A stretch of DNA of 64,000 bases, taken from positions 36,890,001 to 36,954,000 of the forward strand of contig OX597827.1 in the NCBI GenBank assembly GCA_951406725.2, written 5' to 3'. Under the pieces are notes generated by a model that worked only from the letters and a program-made list of their open reading frames with translations, ran no database searches and was not told where the DNA came from. Made by a program: the position numbers and the translations under genes. Shown in pieces: positions 50,747 to 63,640 of the stretch. The number at the start of each line of letters is the position of its first letter. Position 1 is the stretch's first letter. The stretch is from Octopus vulgaris. Lineage: Eukaryota.

Positions 50747-51085
50747 CAATTGCAGTGTGGGAGGTGTTTATAAGCCATTTAAGAAACACACAAAATTGTT
50801 AGATTCACTTCAAAATTTAAATTTAATTTGTCAAAATATTTTTGTCACTTTGCGACTGCGACCTGTTCACTGACAAAATTTGTGCTGCACAAAGTTTTGT
50901 CAGTGAACAGGTTGCGGTCTCAAAGCGCCGAAAATATTTTGACAAATTAAATTTAAATGTTGAAGTGAATCTAACAGTTTTGTGTGTTTCTTAAATGGCT
51001 TATAAACACCTTCCACATTGCAATTGTTTTCGTTCCAGCACACGATCTCAGATCAAGTCACTCGCTATGCAAGTACAACTCCGTA
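50745..51085. mobile_element. Fold-back element (~140-bp arms, 1-nt loop) between (TA)n tracts (family H3)
   Basis: 50745-50885 vs 50887-51028; the right arm extends unpaired to 51085. Confidence 0.9.
50896..50946 (+). ncRNA. Hammerhead-like motif with G3:C8 core swap
   Basis: tttgtca-GTGAACA-g-gttgc(ggtctcaaa)gcgcc-GAAA-atat-TT-tgacaaa. The mirror copy at 50827-50877 (-) has stem II gtcgc/gtgac. Confidence 0.6.
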
Positions 51086-51406
51086 ATATATATATATATA
51101 TATATATATATAGTTTCTAATTTATTCACGTCTGCTACTTTACAATGACTTTTGGTAATGATAGAGTTAAAAGGCAATGTAGATCAAGGATGGATTTCAA
51201 CTCAGAATTAAAGAACCAGAACAAATATCACAAGGCATTTCCCCAACTCTGTAATGATTCTACCAGCTTGAATTATATATATGCATGTATGCATGCATGC
51301 ATCAATGTATGTGTATATTTGTATGTGTATGTATTGTGTGTGTGTGTGAATGTGTATGTATATGCATGTGTATATGTGTGTCTGTGTATGTGTGTATGTG
51401 TACATA

Positions 51407-51448
<42 letters not shown>

Positions 51449-51754
51449 TGTCTGTCTATCCATCTGTGTTTGTCTGTCTGAAGTTTTATTGAAGTTAGTG
51501 CCAGATTAGATCATTTCAGTTTTATTTGTTGATTTGCTTGAAGTTTATTTTTGTTTATCTTTTTATTGTTCCTGTTTGTATGTTAGATTACAGAAAATTG
51601 ATAGCTGGGGTTTGTCTGTATGTTCTGTATGTGAGTGAGAGTATATCTGTGTTATGTCGGTCTGTTTGTGTCAGCTTAATTCAGTTTGTAGAAACCATCC
51701 ATTTATGACCAGACTGAATGTCATATTTCATTATGTATTATTAGATGATGCTGC

Positions 51755-52450
51755 TGCTGTTGTTTAGCCCCTGGTCAACCCTGATCAAAGAGCTGTACTT
51801 ACAAAAAGCATTCTAACCATGGTCATCTTGTTTCCTTTATATTTATTACCACATTGTCCTGATTCAATGTGTCCTTGTTTTTTCAATGTAAGATAGTAGG
51901 TATAGTTAAAAGATTTGGCTGCTATATCTAGGAATCAAACAACACAGTAGACACCTCCTCATTGGCTTATGGATGTTGTTATTGTTGATGTTATCATGAT
52001 GCTTGTTGTTGTTGTAGTTGGTGGTGATGGTGTTGATGCTGATGATACCATAATTAGTAATGTTGCTTAGTTTTAGATGAACCTCTTTGGAACCGATCTA
52101 TGGTCAAAGGTTTTTCCAGCTATGACCATCCTGTATTTCACTTAACCAAGTATTCTATTGATTAATGAATCACCACTTTTTTATATATTATATCTAAGAT
52201 TGTAAAGTGTGATTTCAGAAAGATTTGGCTGCTATTTCTGGTAGATATATAAATTAAGCACAATCAACCTCAGCTTTTTGAAGATGCCTTTATTGTCATT
52301 GGTGCTCTTGTTGTTTATTCTTAAGTCAAACCATATCCAGCAGACTAACTATCAAAGATATCCAAGCCTCAACTATTCAATCTGTTTTTAGTCGTAGCAT
52401 CTCTTAGATTACGTTATCCAATGTTTTGTACCATTTCTAAGGCTGTAGTG
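51755..52450 (-). mobile_element. Three adjacent decayed family C copies
   Basis: Repeated 'tgttgtttagccc...gtcaa...ccagc/catggtcatc...agatttggctgctat' at ~51755, ~52060 and ~52310. Confidence 0.65.
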
Positions 52451-52522
52451 TATGACATGTCTACTTTAGCCCTGGGGCCAACGAAAGTTCTGTGAATTAA
52501 TTTAGTAAATAGAAACTGTGAG

Positions 52523-52710
52523 GTATTTTGTCTGCCGGTATGTTCTGAGTTCAAATTCCGCCAAGGTCGACTTTGCCTTTCATCCTTTCAGGGTCGATAA
52601 ATTAAGTTCCAGTTACACACTGGGACTCGATGTAATCAACTTAATCCGTTTGTCTGCACTTGTTTGTCTCCTCTATGTTTAGCCCCTTGTGGGCAATAAA
52701 GAAATAAGAA
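52523..52710 (+). mobile_element. SINE family A nested in a family B copy (52455-52830)
   Basis: Family A core and tail with near-TSD 'agaaa(c/t)tgtgagg'. Confidence 0.85.
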
Positions 52711-54894
52711 ATTGTGAGGAAGCCCATCATGTGTGTGTATGTGTGTATGTAACTTAGTGGTTCAGCAAAAAAGACCAATAGAATAAGTATTGGGATCAAT
52801 TTGTTTCACTAAAGGCTGTGTCCCAGTACGACTGTCATGGGCAGTAGTTGTGAGTGTCACTGTCATGCAAGAGGTGTTCTTTGTTTCCAATCTTCTACAT
52901 AATCATGTCTGGGCAATGTGAAACAGATGGAGGTTAGTGGCATGAAAGACATTCAGCTATACAAAATCTATCTAATCCTTGTGAGCATGAAAGAGTATAT
53001 GTTTCACATATATTACATGGATAATAATATTTTCAACCGAGATGATGCAAACATATCTGATTGTTCAAGTGATTTAATTCTGTGTACGTATATATTTACT
53101 CAATTGCTGACATTCATCAGTGGTTTCTCCCATTGTTTCAATGTGCCATTTCCTATCTTTAATAAAACTGTCAGCATTTTTGACAACACAGGTATGCTAG
53201 GATAATGAAATGCTGATTGTCACTATGTATTATAAGTGCTAGGTTTAAGGAAAAATTACTATATATGTTATTGAGCTAAAGACAAAGTTATCATCTTCAA
53301 GAAATAATCTGAATATAAACCTAAGTGTTTTTACTGTGTTTAAAATATCCTTCCCAGTGCCAACCATACTGCAGTGTGCACTGGGTGCTATTTTTCAAGG
53401 CACCAACACTAGTGAATTTGTCATGCAGCTTTCAAAATTACAAACCCTTGAGAGGACCAACTTTATGCTAGGAGATTGAGAAGTAGAGAGGGCTAAAGTA
53501 TGAGAGAAAAGGTCTGGAGTAGAACAGGTTTCTTACTTTAGAGAAGCTAGATGAATACTCACAATTTAGAAGAGAGTGGAGGCAAAATGCAATAAAAAAT
53601 AGTGGTGTTGCAGTCTCAGGTCATACTGTCAAGGTATGGGGTATGTAGGAATAAGTGGGGGAGGAAGGTATGTCTAATAGTGCAGCATGGCAGAATAAAA
53701 TTGATGTTACAGTGAACAGGAGGACAAAAGAGAGATGACATGCTAGTGGATAGGGAAGATAGATATGTGCAGTGTATGGGGAGGATGAGACATTTGGTGG
53801 TGGGAAAGGAGAGATAATTTAGTGGCACAGTGGGGTGGGGTGAACAATGAAAGTATGGATAGAGATCAGTGTTAATAGATAAAGGATGGACAAGTGAAGT
53901 GGTTCAGAGTAGTAAGAAAAGTGGTTTCAAGGAAGAACTACAGATGGGCGATGGTGGTAAGTGACTTGAGGGGGAAGGAAATTGGGCATAAAGCTCTGTT
54001 GTTAACTTACACACACAGTTCTACCTGAACTTAGTTTTGCTAAAGTGGTGGGTCTTCTCAAGAATTGCATTTCAGCAGCCATCCTCATCATTTAACATTT
54101 CCTCCATGATGTTTAGGTCCTAAGATCATCCTTATTAATATATATTAAAAAATTCAAACAGCCCAAATCATAACATCCTGTAATGTATTAATTTACAGAA
54201 CAGGACATGTGTTAGACTTCAGTGTATAGAAATGAAGCTATAAATTGTGTGTATAACCTAAAAGAATTAACATCTAATAGGGAAACATATATGTTAGTTA
54301 ATTTATGTAAACTTAATTTACATACCATTGTGGAAAAATATATTCAATATAGAGAAATAAATTACAAATTGTAAGTATGTTATTGAGGGTATAGTGTATA
54401 TTATTGATAGTAAATGTTATAGAAATGTAGAAATGTTGCGTTGATTTAGAAATGTTTCTGTTCTTGGTTAACTTGCAGAAAGGTGAAAATGAAAGAAATA
54501 TATAATATAGTTGTCTAGAATCAGATTGCTGCAACCATTTCAGAGAGAATACAGGAAAATATAAGGAAATGTTACTGTTGATCAATATGTCAATGAATGT
54601 GGAGGATTTTATTAGAAGAGAAAATTCAATTTATGTTTAATTCCATAGTGGAAAAAAGATAGTATTTGATGTAGCAGAATGAATTGCACCAACTAAGTAT
54701 ATTACCAAGGGAACTACAAAATAAGCAGGATAGGTTTGCTGGATGGATGGATGAATGGCTACATACATACATACATACATACATACATACATACATACAT
54801 ACATACATACATACATCTGGGTGCTAAGTAGAAATGAAAGATGTGTTGATGTGTGTATATATAATAATATGTATGTGTGCATGTGTGTGCATAC

Positions 54895-54936
<42 letters not shown>

Positions 54937-54937
54937 G

Positions 54938-55262
<325 letters not shown>

Positions 55263-55899
55263 GCTCTAACATGCTATCTTAAAGATAGCCTGAATACATA
55301 TCATTTATTCAATATCTCTATATGGAAGTAAGGAGGTACATGAAGTGACCAAGAGAATTTCTCATTGGTTGGAAATATCTATTGTTCTTGTTGTTTAGCA
55401 GTAGATCAATCCTAGATTGAGCAGATCTATGATGAAAACCTCTTATTTATAAGTCAAGGATTGTATTCTCTTATCACGTTTGTTATACAAAGAAAGGTAT
55501 CTACAATTATACCATCTATGTCCTTTTAAGAATAGTACGTCTTGTTGACTGATATGTATGTGTTTACGCTTGCACACATATTAGTATATATACACACATC
55601 AACACATCTTTCATTTCTACTCAGCACCCAGATCTATATATGTATGTATGTATGTATGTAGCCATCTCTTAAAAGTAGAACTGTATGTTAGTGCTAGTAA
55701 CTAATTAAGTTAGATGTAATTAAAGCAGTTTTAAACTCCCTTCTTCCCGTCATCTGACATATCTTTAATCTTTATCTTCATCTTTTTTCACTTGATGTCA
55801 AGAAAATCTGTGAAAAAAATAATTAGGTTGTTGTTTATACTTTTGAGTATTTTGTTATTCTGGCTGATGTTGTCTTATTGTAGACATTTAAGAAACATT

Positions 55900-56445
55900 A
55901 TCTTCATACTCGTTTTCATTATTCTCGTCCCTGTTGTCATGGTTATAGTCAACACTGCAACTATCATTATCACCATCATTGCTATTACAACTGTTATAAT
56001 CCTCAATACCATCAGCACCACCAAAAACATCACCTGCTATCCCGTCATTGTTGTCATCATCATCGTCACCATTATCATCATTGTCATCATCACCATTACA
56101 TCATCATCAGCAGCAGCAGTAGGGGTAACAACAGCATTCATTGCAGTGAGTGGTGGTAGTTATGGTGATAGTGATAGTGATTGTGGTGGTGGTGGGGGGG
56201 GGGTTGATTGTAATGATGGAAATTGAGGTATAGTGATAAGTTGTGGTATTTGTGATGGTGGTGGTACTGGCAGTGATGAGGAGTGGCAGTAGTGGCAGTG
56301 GTAGTAGGGACTGTGGTGGTAATGTTGAGAGTGGTGGTGATGGTTGAGGTGTGGTGGAAGTGGTGATGGCAGTGGTTGCCATTCTGGTAGTGGCAGTGGT
56401 TGTTGTGATGGTAGTGGTGCTGGTGGTGGTGATAAAGGTGATGAA
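55900..56445. repeat. Degenerate (ATC/ACC)n then (GGT/AGT)n triplet tract
   Basis: Direct reading. Confidence 0.85.
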
Positions 56446-57109
56446 ATGAATGTTCCGGTTAAATTGTGTCTCTGTTCTGTATGACTGACAATCATGTCAT
56501 TTGATCAGACCAACTAACCATTGTTACATGAACCGGAACATTGCCATGGAACTCTACACACCCAACATTCTCCACATTATTCTCTTCCCCATCTCTATTC
56601 CACCACGTGTGTATGTGTGTGTGTGTGTGAGTGTGTGTGTGTGCATGCCTGTGCATGTGTTTGTGTATATATGTCTGGATATTGTGTATGTGTATGTCTG
56701 GACATATATATATATATATACGTGAGTGTGTGATTGTGCATGTGTGTGCATTTGCACGTACACATGCTTGTGTGTATATATCTGGATATATGTGTGTGTA
56801 AGTGGTTATAGCATTTTGTTGTTGGATAGGCTTGTGTTTAGGTAAGTAAATAACAAATTCAGTGTTGATCATCATCCACATCATCTCCATCACACTGACC
56901 CCACTTGATCCTCCATGTTAATTAGGGTGTGATTGATCTGCTAGTACAATAACTCCTCTTCTACATCTATCATATATTACCCACACATCATTTTGGCCAT
57001 TCCATCAAATCCTTAATGCCATTACTCTCACATTTAAAATACACCAATTCTTTAAAATATCAACAGTTAAGCTTTTCTCATTGTATAACCCAGGTATTAA
57101 TTGCACTTA

Positions 57110-57225
57110 TAGTGTTGTGTAACCTTGGTGATAAAAGTAATTGTATTGTGTTGCCATGGTGATAACAATAATTTTATTGTATTACTATGGTGATGATGCT
57201 AATAATACTGTGTTACTATGGTATT
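57110..57225. repeat. ~31-bp minisatellite
   Basis: About four units of 'tgtgttgccatggtgataacaataattttat'. Confidence 0.7.
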
Positions 57226-57357
57226 GTTGCTGCTATTTTTTAACCCCAGCTCAATCCTAATTGAGCAGATCTCTAACCAAAGCAGTCCAGCTAGGATCAT
57301 TTTATTTTACATATAGTGTATCTTGGACAGTCTGTTTGTGTGTATGTGTGATTGTGG

Positions 57358-57790
57358 TCATCATCATCATTTAATGTACATGTTCCTGCCTGGAACATGG
57401 TCAGTTTGATAAGATGTAGACTGGTCAGTTTGATAAGATTTGAAGGGTCCAAGAACTGCATCATGCTCCAGTGCCCACTTTGGCATGATTCCTATTGCTG
57501 TATGCTCTTCAGAACATCAGCCGCTTTACATTGCGTATTGGGTGTATTTTCTATACCCCCAACACTAGTAAGTTTACCATGCAGCTTACAAAAACATGAA
57601 ACCCAAATGGGTGGTGGGGGTCATGCTAGGGGATGAGGATTTAAAGTATGAGAGAAGCAGAGTAGGCAGAGCAAGTTGTTGAAGGGGAGCTAAATGGCTG
57701 GTCACAGTTTGAAGAGAGGGTGAGAATGATCTGTAAGAGCTGCAAAAAGATAAGTAGTGGTGACAAGGTGTCCAGGTAAGGAAGGGTGGA
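57358..57790 (-). mobile_element. Family D element, decayed (another at ~53350-53560)
   Basis: (CAT)n-'ttaatgtacatgttcctgc'...'ctttacattgcgtattgggtg'. Confidence 0.55.
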
Positions 57791-57884
57791 GGTTTACAAG
57801 AGAGAGAAGAGAGAGAGAGAGAGTAAGAGATGGGGAATTGAGGGGGAGAGGAGGTAGGCAATGACTGTAAAATTGGGCCAGTTT

Positions 57885-58064
57885 GGATAGATCGTTAGCC
57901 ACTACACACATTTTTTTCTCTCCTTGTTTTTTCTGTGTCCCTTTTCTGTAGAAGAGTGTAGGCTCGAAACATAAAAGACTTTTTCTATTCCTGAGCGTTA
58001 TACTAATACATCTGTTTGTTTTGTATACCACCTGTCTTCGTCTTTTGCTTTTTTCGTAAACTCT

Positions 58065-58068
<4 letters not shown>
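57885..58068 (+). mobile_element. Family H1 element, HHR core CTGTAGA, ending in (TA)n
   Basis: ctttt-CTGTAGA-a-gagt(gtag)gctc-GAAA-ca-TA-aaag at 57941-57977. Confidence 0.78.
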
Positions 58069-58113
<45 letters not shown>

Positions 58114-58120
<7 letters not shown>

Positions 58121-58504
58121 TATATACATAATTATAACAAGGGTTTGGCTTGTGCCTCACCATGCAATGAAAAATAGATGTCAAAAGACACTATTACCAC
58201 CATAAATTCTCTGAGAAAAACACACTACATAATAGGCTAGTAGAAGAAAGAAAATGAATTACAAACTTTGGTTAACCACGTACATGATTGTGTTTTGGGT
58301 TTAAAGTAATAAAAAACATTACCTTTTGCCTTCATCAGTGTTGGTACACCCAGGCATAAATATACGAGTGGCCATGGATATGTAAGCGAGCTATGTCTTC
58401 GCTTAGCTTATACTGTGGTGTTAATAGTGTCTTTTGACATCTATTTTTCAGTGCGTGGTGAGGCACAAGCCAAACCGTTGTTATAATTATGTATAAAATT
58501 ATAA
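58114..58504. repeat. Inverted repeat (~90-bp arms, ~210-bp spacer)
   Basis: 58114-58203 vs 58415-58504; the spacer has CTGATGA on the minus strand (58332-58338) followed by a hairpin. Confidence 0.88.
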
Positions 58505-58599
58505 AATATTTATAAAATTTACCTATGAGGTTTTGTTTCCGTGCTGACCACTTAGTAAAAATCATTTAGGATTTTACCCTTTATTATATATATATATAT

Positions 58600-58914
58600 A
58601 TTGATAGAAATGGTAAGACAACAAAAGAATGAAAGAGACCTCAATATTATGTAAATAGAGGAATTTATCTGTAAATGTAATGTGACAATTATTCGGTAGC
58701 CATGATAAAACTTCAAGTTTCAGATGTCGGGGTAGAAATCCACTCCGTCATCTCTTCAGTTATCTGGCCATTGGAAAAAATGCTATGGATTTTCATAGCA
58801 TTTTTTCCAATGGCCGGATAACTGAAGAGATGGCAGAGTAGATTTCCATCCTGACATCCGAAACTCGGAGTTTTATCATGGCTACCAAACAATTGTCACA
58901 TATTACATTTACAG

Positions 58915-58917
<3 letters not shown>
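58600..58917. mobile_element. Fold-back element with one hammerhead per arm (family H4)
   Basis: Arms 58666-58787 / 58794-58917, loop 'gatttt'; flanked by (TA)n and (CA)n. Confidence 0.9.
58817..58877 (+). ncRNA. Type I hammerhead motif with long stem II
   Basis: gataa-CTGAAGA-gatg...catc-c-GAAA-ctc-g-gag-TT-ttatc; mirror copy on the minus strand at ~58705-58764. Confidence 0.7.
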
Positions 58918-58952
<35 letters not shown>

Positions 58953-59154
58953 ACACACTCACACACACATGATGGGATCTCCTTTTGAAGACAACATTGT
59001 GAGTGTTTGATTTTTGCTGAACAACCTACATAAATGACTTGTTTATAGAGACTAAATATATGTGCTGTACATTAGCTCACCACCTCCATCAAATCTTGTA
59101 CAAGTGTACAAGAGTGTCACACATCAGATATCAAAATGTTTGCTGAGCAACATG

Positions 59155-59590
59155 CCCAGGCAAATCAGAACGAAGCTGTTCATTGCAACGGTTGAATCAG
59201 TGCTGTTATATGGCAATGAAATATGGACAAAGAAATGATCAAATGGGCTGAATGGATGCTACACAAGGATGCTACAAATGGCTCTGTATGTGAAATGACA
59301 GCAACATATGACAAATGAATTGCCTTTATGGAGACCTGCCAAAGGTTAACAAGAAGATCACACAGAGACCGTTGCTACTATCTGATCACTGAGTGCACCA
59401 TCCTTAGCTGGGAGCATCCAAATTATTCTTGTGGAACCCACTTCATGGTGATGTAAGCAGAGGAAAACATCATTACATATGGACAACTTGATTGTAGACA
59501 CTGGCCTTGAATATATCCAGGATCTTGAAGCAGTGATGATAGACCAAGAAGTCTGGCAGGTAGATTTTGTTGCCGTAATAATAAATAACC
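59155..59590 (+). mobile_element. RTE-clade LINE 3' fragment
   Basis: QIRTKLFIATVESVLLYGNEIWT...LNGCYTRMLQMAL...YGDLPKV; (AAT) tail. Confidence 0.85.
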
Positions 59591-59744
59591 TGGCCATAAT
59601 AATAGATAATATTCCGACAAGTCTGTTTTTCCTATTTCCGTAAGGGGATGTGGGACTCAATGAGTAACATTTACTGTATTTTTGACTTCGAGAAAAGAAT
59701 ATTTTTATAAATGTTCACTATCTAACAAAAACTAGATCAGCTAA

Positions 59745-59746
59745 TA

Positions 59747-59812
<66 letters not shown>

Positions 59813-60290
59813 AATTATTGTATACAGTGCTCAGGTGCACCACAACTTGTCAAAAAGTGCGTATAAAGTATATGCAGTAATGTACAAATGTCTGGAAAGC
59901 GAACAGTGTACGAGTCAGATACATGCTTGCGTGTGTATGGAGGGGAGAAAATCAGGTGTAGTGTTGGCGAATCTCAGGAATCATGGAAGTTTTGAAGGAT
60001 GCAGTGCTCCGACAACTAACAACTGATGCCAGCAGTTTGTTCCATGCTTCAGCAACTCTCAGCATGAAAACATGTTTCCGAAAGTCATGGGAGCTGTGCT
60101 GTTTTCTGACTTTGTAAACATGTCCACGGGTGTTAGACGGGTGGAGTTTGAAAAGGTGCTCAGAGTTATTGTTTGTAAGATGGTTAATAATTTTATGGGT
60201 GTCTGCCAAGTCAGCTGTCAGACATCGGAGTTTCAATGTGTTTATGTCCAGAGAAGTAAGGCGTTCAGAATATGGCAAACGACTTTCTCT
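59745..60290 (-). mobile_element. CR1-clade LINE 3' end with (TTA)n tail
   Basis: ORF 59952-60362: LPYSERLTSL..TLKLR...DL...KI...NTRGH...RKHVF..RVAEAWNKL. Confidence 0.9.
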
Positions 60291-60540
60291 AAATACATTA
60301 AAAACCACTATAACATATTCAGAACACTTTTTCAGAAAACTACCTCTGTTCTCTTTGAGCATATAAAAGACAAATTTAGATGGGTCAGAATGAGTAAGAA
60401 AAGATAAGGTAAATTTTCCTCTTCAATTCTTTAGAATTACATTTGAAAAAACTCATACACATCAATATCTAAGTCAAATGAAAAGGAATCATGGGAAAAT
60501 GGCATAATATGAAATTAATGAAACTTGACTAGATCAAAAA

Positions 60541-60957
60541 ACTCAACATAAAATATTCTCTATAGCTTCTTCACGATCTGCAGAACTTTTCGAAATTTTC
60601 AAAACACATGAGGATTCATACAACTATGAAAATTTTTAAAAACTTTTCAAATCTTTTTTTTTAATTACAGACAGTCCTAAATTTTGATTTCTGACTCAAC
60701 AATAGACTATTAAACATGTCTATGGGGAGAAAGATATTGAAAAACATCAATACATCAGAATGACTGAGAAACAAGGAGGGTATCAAGTGATCATGAAATG
60801 TGCTAAAAATAACAGCTAAATAGACTGTAAATCAGACACAAAAAGCTTTATTTTTGTCTTTTCATAGTTGTATGAATTCCCATGTGTAGACTACAAATTC
60901 ACAAAAAATTTCTGAGAATTCTAAAAACTAGAAAAAGCTATGGGATGTTATATGGGT
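60541..60957. repeat. Diverged inverted repeat (possible MITE)
   Basis: 'acacatgaggattcatacaactatgaaaa' vs 'ttttcatagttgtatgaattcccatgtgt', extending to 'tatagcttcttc' / 'gaaaaagctatg'. Confidence 0.65.
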
Positions 60958-61600
60958 TACTTAAAGCAGAATTCCACCTGGCTCTCTTCCTGATACAAAT
61001 GTATCATGCAATTAAAGAGAAGAGATTATTGAAATTAGTCATTACTCATTTTACCCCAGTATAGACATCAGTTTTTGAAAATTGAAATTTATATCAAATT
61101 AGACATTAGTGTGGGAAAAATTGACTTGGAACCCAGCAGAGAAAAGAATTCAGATTGTTGAACACCCAAAATTTTCTATATATTTCATTAGCAACCTCAG
61201 TTACAACTGGGTCAAAGTTGAGGGGAAATTTCTTGAAAATAAAGTACCTGTTACCTGACGGTTTCAAACTGCCTCAACTGAAACAACAACAATGGTGGCC
61301 AATGTTTACTCCCAAAGATGATGCAAGAATTCAAGTATTTGACAAAATGATGAAAAATAGTAGAAAAAGAAAGAAAAAAAAATTGGTTTAATGAAAACAT
61401 GTGAGCATAAAAGCAATAATTCTAAAGCTGAAGAACAAAAATGCTTTGAGCTGTTGAGAGATGTAATTTTATTATTAAAACTAAATTCAAAATTCAAACT
61501 TTGGAACACATAACTTACTTACTTTTTCATTAAATTGGACCAGTTTTCAATGCCGCACTGAAATAATGAGGTTTATAATGGCAACATATGTGTGTGCGTA

Positions 61601-61636
<36 letters not shown>

Positions 61637-61779
61637 TTTACTGGCCAGTGGCCAATCTAACGTCACTGTGCTGTCATGCACTGAATGAAGGAATCTGAAC
61701 TAGAGATAAATAGCATCTTTGTATCAATCTTTTTATCTATTTTTATATACATCCATGCTCTCACACACATATACACACT

Positions 61780-61851
<72 letters not shown>

Positions 61852-62338
61852 TACATACATTATTTGGAGTGTTGTTTTCTGTTGATGTTCCAAAAGGAAT
61901 GACAATTAATTCTCATGGGAATTGTGGCTGTCTTGGGAATGGGTAGCAAAGTGTTTTTTAATTGAATAAATAGATGTTTATTTATCAAAAAGGAGAGTCC
62001 ATTGCATTTTTTATGATATGTTTGTTTATTGAAAGAGAACCTCTGCACAAAAGATTGCTGAGAAGTGGAGCCCTCCTATATTGAAAACTTCTTGGCTTTG
62101 GGTAACAGGAAGACCAGTTAATTATGATTTTATTCAACCTATTCCCCTCTCAGATTCATACACTTATTTCAGTGGTCCTTCAGTTTTTCTAAGTTCTGTA
62201 AAAGAACTTGCAAGGTTGGGCCTCCAGCTAGGCCTTTTGTGATACCTTAAATATCAGGAACTTTTCATACTGATACACACGCACGCACACACACACACAC
62301 ACACACACACGTCGATAGATACATAGAAAGATAGATAG

Positions 62339-62501
62339 AGATCAAAACAGTTTGATCCAAACTCCTTGGTACTCCAAGTTTTAAGTGTGAAGTTAATCCT
62401 CTGCTGTTGGACATTAGAATGGAGAAAGTCCAACAGCTGAGGATTATCATCACACTTGAAACTCAGAGTGCCAAGGAGTTTGCATCAAACTGTTTTGATC
62501 T
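62339..62501. repeat. Fold-back palindrome with the 3' half of an HHR
   Basis: Arms 62339-62412 / 62428-62501; GAAA-ctc-a-gag-T matches the stem III of 58860-58871. Confidence 0.85.
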
Positions 62502-63381
62502 ATACATGTAACTCCCAATAAAAGTGCCCTACCTTCGTAGTCGACTCACTCATATGTGTGTGTGTGTGTGAGCATATATATTTCAAAAATTGTAGAAAAA
62601 TGTACAGGACAATGACAAAAACAAACATGACAAGATAAAATGTATGTATACAACAAAAAATATGCATATACAACAAAAAAGTTGTGCAGCCACAAGACAG
62701 TCAGATATGGGGTAACACAAAGGAAAATGAAAATGTTCTTTAGGACTGGAGATGAAAGAAGGACAGATAGAGAGTCAGAACGGAGGAAGAAATAACAAAT
62801 GGGTAAAAAGACAGGAAGTGTGTGTGTTGTGTGTTTCCCTATTTTAAATGTAAGACGCATATTGAGTGACAATTATATTCTGTTTCTAACATATTGAACA
62901 ACTATGTAGTATATTCCTGGTTGGTTTCTATTACTATGGCAATGCCTGCAATGGTTGTGTTGTTAGTCAGGCAGTAATGTGTATGATGGCTTTTCCTATT
63001 GGCATTTACCTGATAATTAAGTATAGAACTGTTACTGATAGATCTGTGACTAGAGATCAGTGAATCAGTTAACTTTGGTAGTAATAATTGCTTGGTTTTG
63101 GAGTATCAGAACTCTTTATCTGTATTACAGATACACAGCATCAAGGTTTGTAAACCATATCAATATTCCAGCATGGAAAGTGAAAGTGAAACAGTTATGA
63201 TGATGAAGCTGATGATGATGAAAAATATATATGCTAATATTTAATGCTAACACACTACCACACTTGATACTTCTACAGGCAACCTTTTTTCTGCTCCACA
63301 TATATTTGTGTTTTTTACATATATATATATATTTGTTTTCTTTTTTCAAATACATATAATCATATACTTTGTATTTATATA

Positions 63382-63640
63382 TATGAAGGAGTAACCCCCC
63401 AACCCCCCAACCCTGAATTATGCGATATTATTTTATTCACTTAGTTTTACATGTTTATACTATTACTGCCTTCAAAGTATTCTCCATTTGCAGCTATATA
63501 TTGGCCCAGATGCGTTTTTCACTGTTTGAAGCAATCCTGGAACTCTTGTAACAAGATGCCTTTTAAAGCCTAAATTTTTTTTTCACAGAATGCAAAATTG
63601 GGTGAATAGGGTGAGTGGGTAAAGCATCACGCCATTTATT
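63382..63640 (-). mobile_element. mariner transposase C-terminal remnant
   Basis: Minus translation ALKGILLQEFQDCFKQ*KTHLGQYIAANGEYFEGS. Confidence 0.8.

Noticed and set aside
55792-56226. 144-aa hydrophobic, membrane-protein-like ORF
   Set aside because: Derived from degenerate ATC/GGT triplet repeats.
62437-62461. CTGAGGA...GAAA as a complete hammerhead
   Set aside because: No stem II between the boxes and no matching stem I; only the 3' half is credible.
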